Shown: piece after piece, positions 61,990 to 64,000 of the stretch
Position numbering within the stretch: the stretch's first letter is position 1
Layout: the number at the start of each line of letters is the position of its first letter
DNA from: a virus
Taxonomy: Duplodnaviria > Caudoviricetes
DNA: 64,000 nt
Direction: 5' to 3' (one strand)
IMG/VR virus record: IMGVR_UViG_3300037067_011169
Coordinates: 23,302-87,301 of that record
Notes under the pieces: model-generated
What the model was told of the DNA's origin: nothing
Databases searched by the model: none
What the model saw: only the letters and a program-made list of their open reading frames with translations
Program-made: the position numbers and the translations under genes

Positions 61990-62059
61990 TCTGCGGGGCA
62001 AACCCCCGCACATCTGCCCTCCGTAGGTCCCTGCCCCGCCTGCGGAGGGCTCTTCTTTT
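61990..62059 (+). ncRNA. Candidate ~70-nt small RNA (two hairpins and a U tail)
   Basis: TGCGGGG/CCCCGCA stem; GCCCTCCGTAGG/CCTGCGGAGGGC stem with G-U on the plus strand; then TCTTCTTTT. Confidence 0.4.
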
Positions 62060-62143
62060 GCGCTACCCTGAAAATAGGCTTCAACATGCCTCTAGGACGC
62101 TCCAGAATTGCGCAGGAACGCACGGAGGGGCAGGGTAGGTCTC

Positions 62144-62890
62144 CTAGACCGCATTGTTGAACAAACGCAGCAGGCGATGAATGGTGCTTGCGCGATAGGG
62201 TGTACCCGACTGGGTCGTGTGCCCGAGGTCGTTTAGCTTCGCGGCGATCACTGGGAATGACATTCCCACCCCTCTCATCTCCCGGATGACCTCCACCACG
62301 AAGCTATATGCCTCCAAAGCCCTCTGCCGGCGGGCCTCGGCGCTCGCTTTGCCACCCCTCTGGGCACCCAAAAGCCGGCGATCCTCACGGTTGTCCCAAT
62401 GTCCCGGCCGGGCAGACCCAAGAAGGACCCCTTGTTCCTTGGCGACCTGGAGCCCCCGCTTGGTTCGATCCGAGATTCGGCGAGCCTCTTCCTCATCAAC
62501 GGTCGCTCGAATCTGAATCTCAAAGACACTCTGATCGGGGCGATCGGCGCACACAAATTGGACGCCGGATTCGATGAGACCCGTGATGAAATGCAGATTC
62601 CTAGCCAAACGATCCTGTTTTCCCACCACCAGGACCGCCTTATGGAGCCTGGCGAGCGAAATCGCTGCCCTCAACTGGGCCCTATTGGGCTTTTTCCTGG
62701 TTCCGGTGACTATTTCCTTGAACTCTCCAACGATCGTGGCACCGAGGCGCTCCGCAATCCTCTGGACTTCTCTCCTCTGATCCTCAAGCCCGTAGGCATC
62801 CTCCATGGTCTGCTCGATGTTCTTTCCCTTCTTCGGCCGGCTGAGGCGGTAGTAGGCAACAATCTTCTTTGTGGTCTGCATGGCTCTCAT
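62144..62890 (-). CDS. Serine recombinase (resolvase domain plus short C-terminal DNA-binding domain)
   Basis: AYYRLSR catalytic Ser, EIVTG, DRLAR, EEARRISDRTKRGL; GGGAG RBS and ATG 62890. Confidence 0.92.
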   Translation of the reverse strand: MRAMQTTKKIVAYYRLSRPKKGKNIEQTMEDAYGLEDQRREVQRIAERLGATIVGEFKEIVTGTRKKPNRAQLRAAISLARLHKAVLVVGKQDRLARNLHFITGLIESGVQFVCADRPDQSVFEIQIRATVDEEEARRISDRTKRGLQVAKEQGVLLGSARPGHWDNREDRRLLGAQRGGKASAEARRQRALEAYSFVVEVIREMRGVGMSFPVIAAKLNDLGHTTQSGTPYRASTIHRLLRLFNNAV

Positions 62891-62925
62891 GTTGTTTCTC
62901 CCTGTGTCATCGAGGTCTCTATTTG

Positions 62926-62954
62926 ACGTTACGCAGGAGGAAGCCATTTGTCAA
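62926..62954 (-). promoter_or_regulatory. Sigma-70 promoter of the recombinase
   Basis: TTGACA-N17-TAACGT. Confidence 0.65.
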
Positions 62955-63100
62955 GCAAAACTGACCGATCGTAGGGTTTATGCCGTCCCCATGCCTAGAA
63001 ATAGGAGAGAATCAGGTCAGAAATGACCAGAAAATGGCTTTCAGACCAATCAGAAGCCCGCTAATCTGAAAGCACAAGGAGGGAATTGCCCATGAAGCAC

Positions 63101-63877
63101 TCATTCTGTCGCCGGCGCATCACCTACGTCCGTGGCTGGATTCGCCGATTCTTGCGACGACCCAGAGGCATCGTCACCCGATAAGTTCTCTGGCCGCAGG
63201 GCGTCCATCTCCCGGGTGGACGCCCTGCTTTCTAAGTAATACTCAATTGCTGCCAGAGCCGCTTGTCTTCTGGTCATGCCCAGTTCGCTTGTATCCTCTA
63301 CGCCGTGGCACAAGCATTCACCTTTCTGGTGTCCGACGCTGCCCGCAACCATGCGAAAACCACATTCATGGTGCATTTTCGGACCAATCACAGGGGCCAC
63401 CAGGTCCCCAGGCAGTATCGGCTCGTCACAATGAGGGCAAACCGACTGTTCAACAGCCGGCACCAGGCTGGTAGATCGAATTGGCTTTCTCTTCGGCTTC
63501 CTCTTCGGCTTCTTCGGCAGAACCATCGCCGAGAGATCATCGAGCAGGATACCCGTTGGTACATGCACGTCGCCCGGTATCCTCTTCAGTCGAGCGTCCA
63601 CCTCCTGCATCCGATCCGCGTGCTTCAATGCCCACGCTTGGCCTCTCTTGTGCGCCAACTCCCAGAACTTCTTCAGCCTGACCCAGTCCTTCAACAACGA
63701 CGGGTGCTTCCGCAAGTAGGCCAGATGCTCGTATGCCAAATCAATAAGATACTGGTGGGTCTCCAATGCCTCTTCCATCGTTGAGCTTCGCCACATATCC
63801 TGATCGAGCCAGGTGCCAAAGATTATGGACTCAAAAAGGCAGTTCGTATCCATACCGAGGAAGACTGTCGAAACCAT
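63101..63877 (-). CDS. Hypothetical protein; probable 3' part of a gene interrupted by an 11-bp duplication
   Basis: VSTVFLGMD..LFESIIFG phage-type motif, later CPHC..HHEC finger. Confidence 0.6.
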   Translation of the reverse strand: MVSTVFLGMDTNCLFESIIFGTWLDQDMWRSSTMEEALETHQYLIDLAYEHLAYLRKHPSLLKDWVRLKKFWELAHKRGQAWALKHADRMQEVDARLKRIPGDVHVPTGILLDDLSAMVLPKKPKRKPKRKPIRSTSLVPAVEQSVCPHCDEPILPGDLVAPVIGPKMHHECGFRMVAGSVGHQKGECLCHGVEDTSELGMTRRQAALAAIEYYLESRASTREMDALRPENLSGDDASGSSQESANPATDVGDAPATE

Positions 63878-63895
63878 GACCTCGTGCTTCTTCGA

Positions 63896-63923
63896 GGGAG
63901 GCTTCTGGGAGGCTTCTGGGAGG
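63896..63923. repeat. 11-bp tandem repeat GGGAGGCTTCT x2.5
   Basis: Exact repeat; shifts the reading frame. Confidence 0.9.
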
Positions 63924-64000
63924 AATATCGATAGTGGTGTCCTTGATGCAGAAAGGTTTGACGGATGATCCTGTGTCTAGCCCGCTCCAGGAAAATCGCG

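Noticed and set aside
61990-62030. GGGGCAAACC resembling a c-di-GMP-I riboswitch
   Set aside because: It lacks the GAAA-capped stem and the GACGCAAAGC segment
62144-62890. Serine recombinase as the phage integrase, with a prophage boundary
   Set aside because: Too short for a large serine integrase; no host genes or att-like duplication seen in the window
1-64000. Stop-codon reassignment
   Set aside because: Genes end cleanly at TAA, TAG and TGA with dense coding under the standard bacterial code; no clear suppressor tRNA

Overview
This window is a 64-kb slice of a tailed dsDNA bacteriophage genome with siphovirus-type morphogenesis; both edges cut genes and the host cannot be assigned from the sequence. 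There are four blocks. (1) 1-23557, minus strand: nucleotide metabolism, repair and replication genes (dUTPase, dCMP deaminase, probable class II RNR, GNAT, NUDIX, two HAD nucleotidases, RNA ligase, DNA ligase, two metallophosphoesterases, sigma-70-like factor, PolA, two ParB-like proteins, SNF2 helicase), two normal tRNAs and one interrupted tRNA-like gene. (2) 23797-27499, plus strand: primase-helicase, DUF5664-like dNTP diphosphohydrolase and DEDDh exonuclease. (3) 27598-58281, minus strand: virion operon from a putative small terminase through a membrane/peptidase cassette, GpA-type terminase, portal, scaffold, capsid, two tail tube paralogs, a frameshifted tail chaperone, tape measure, tail tip and an SPFH protein. 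(4) 58520-64000: accessory genes including a BCS1-like AAA ATPase and a small serine recombinase. The most interesting observations are: a shared N-terminal leader (Y-x5-FPCY-x-N-[DE]) on scaffold and major capsid protein with no prohead protease in the head module, suggesting an undescribed maturation-cleavage signal; a tRNA-Lys-like gene with a 50-nt hairpin inserted in its anticodon arm, in a genome that encodes RNA-repair enzymes; a ~230-nt multi-hairpin intergenic RNA candidate; a 39-bp motif at the head of three major transcription units; and a peptidase/lipoprotein cassette with no recognisable glycosidase or amidase endolysin. All product calls come from motif recognition by eye, with no database searches.
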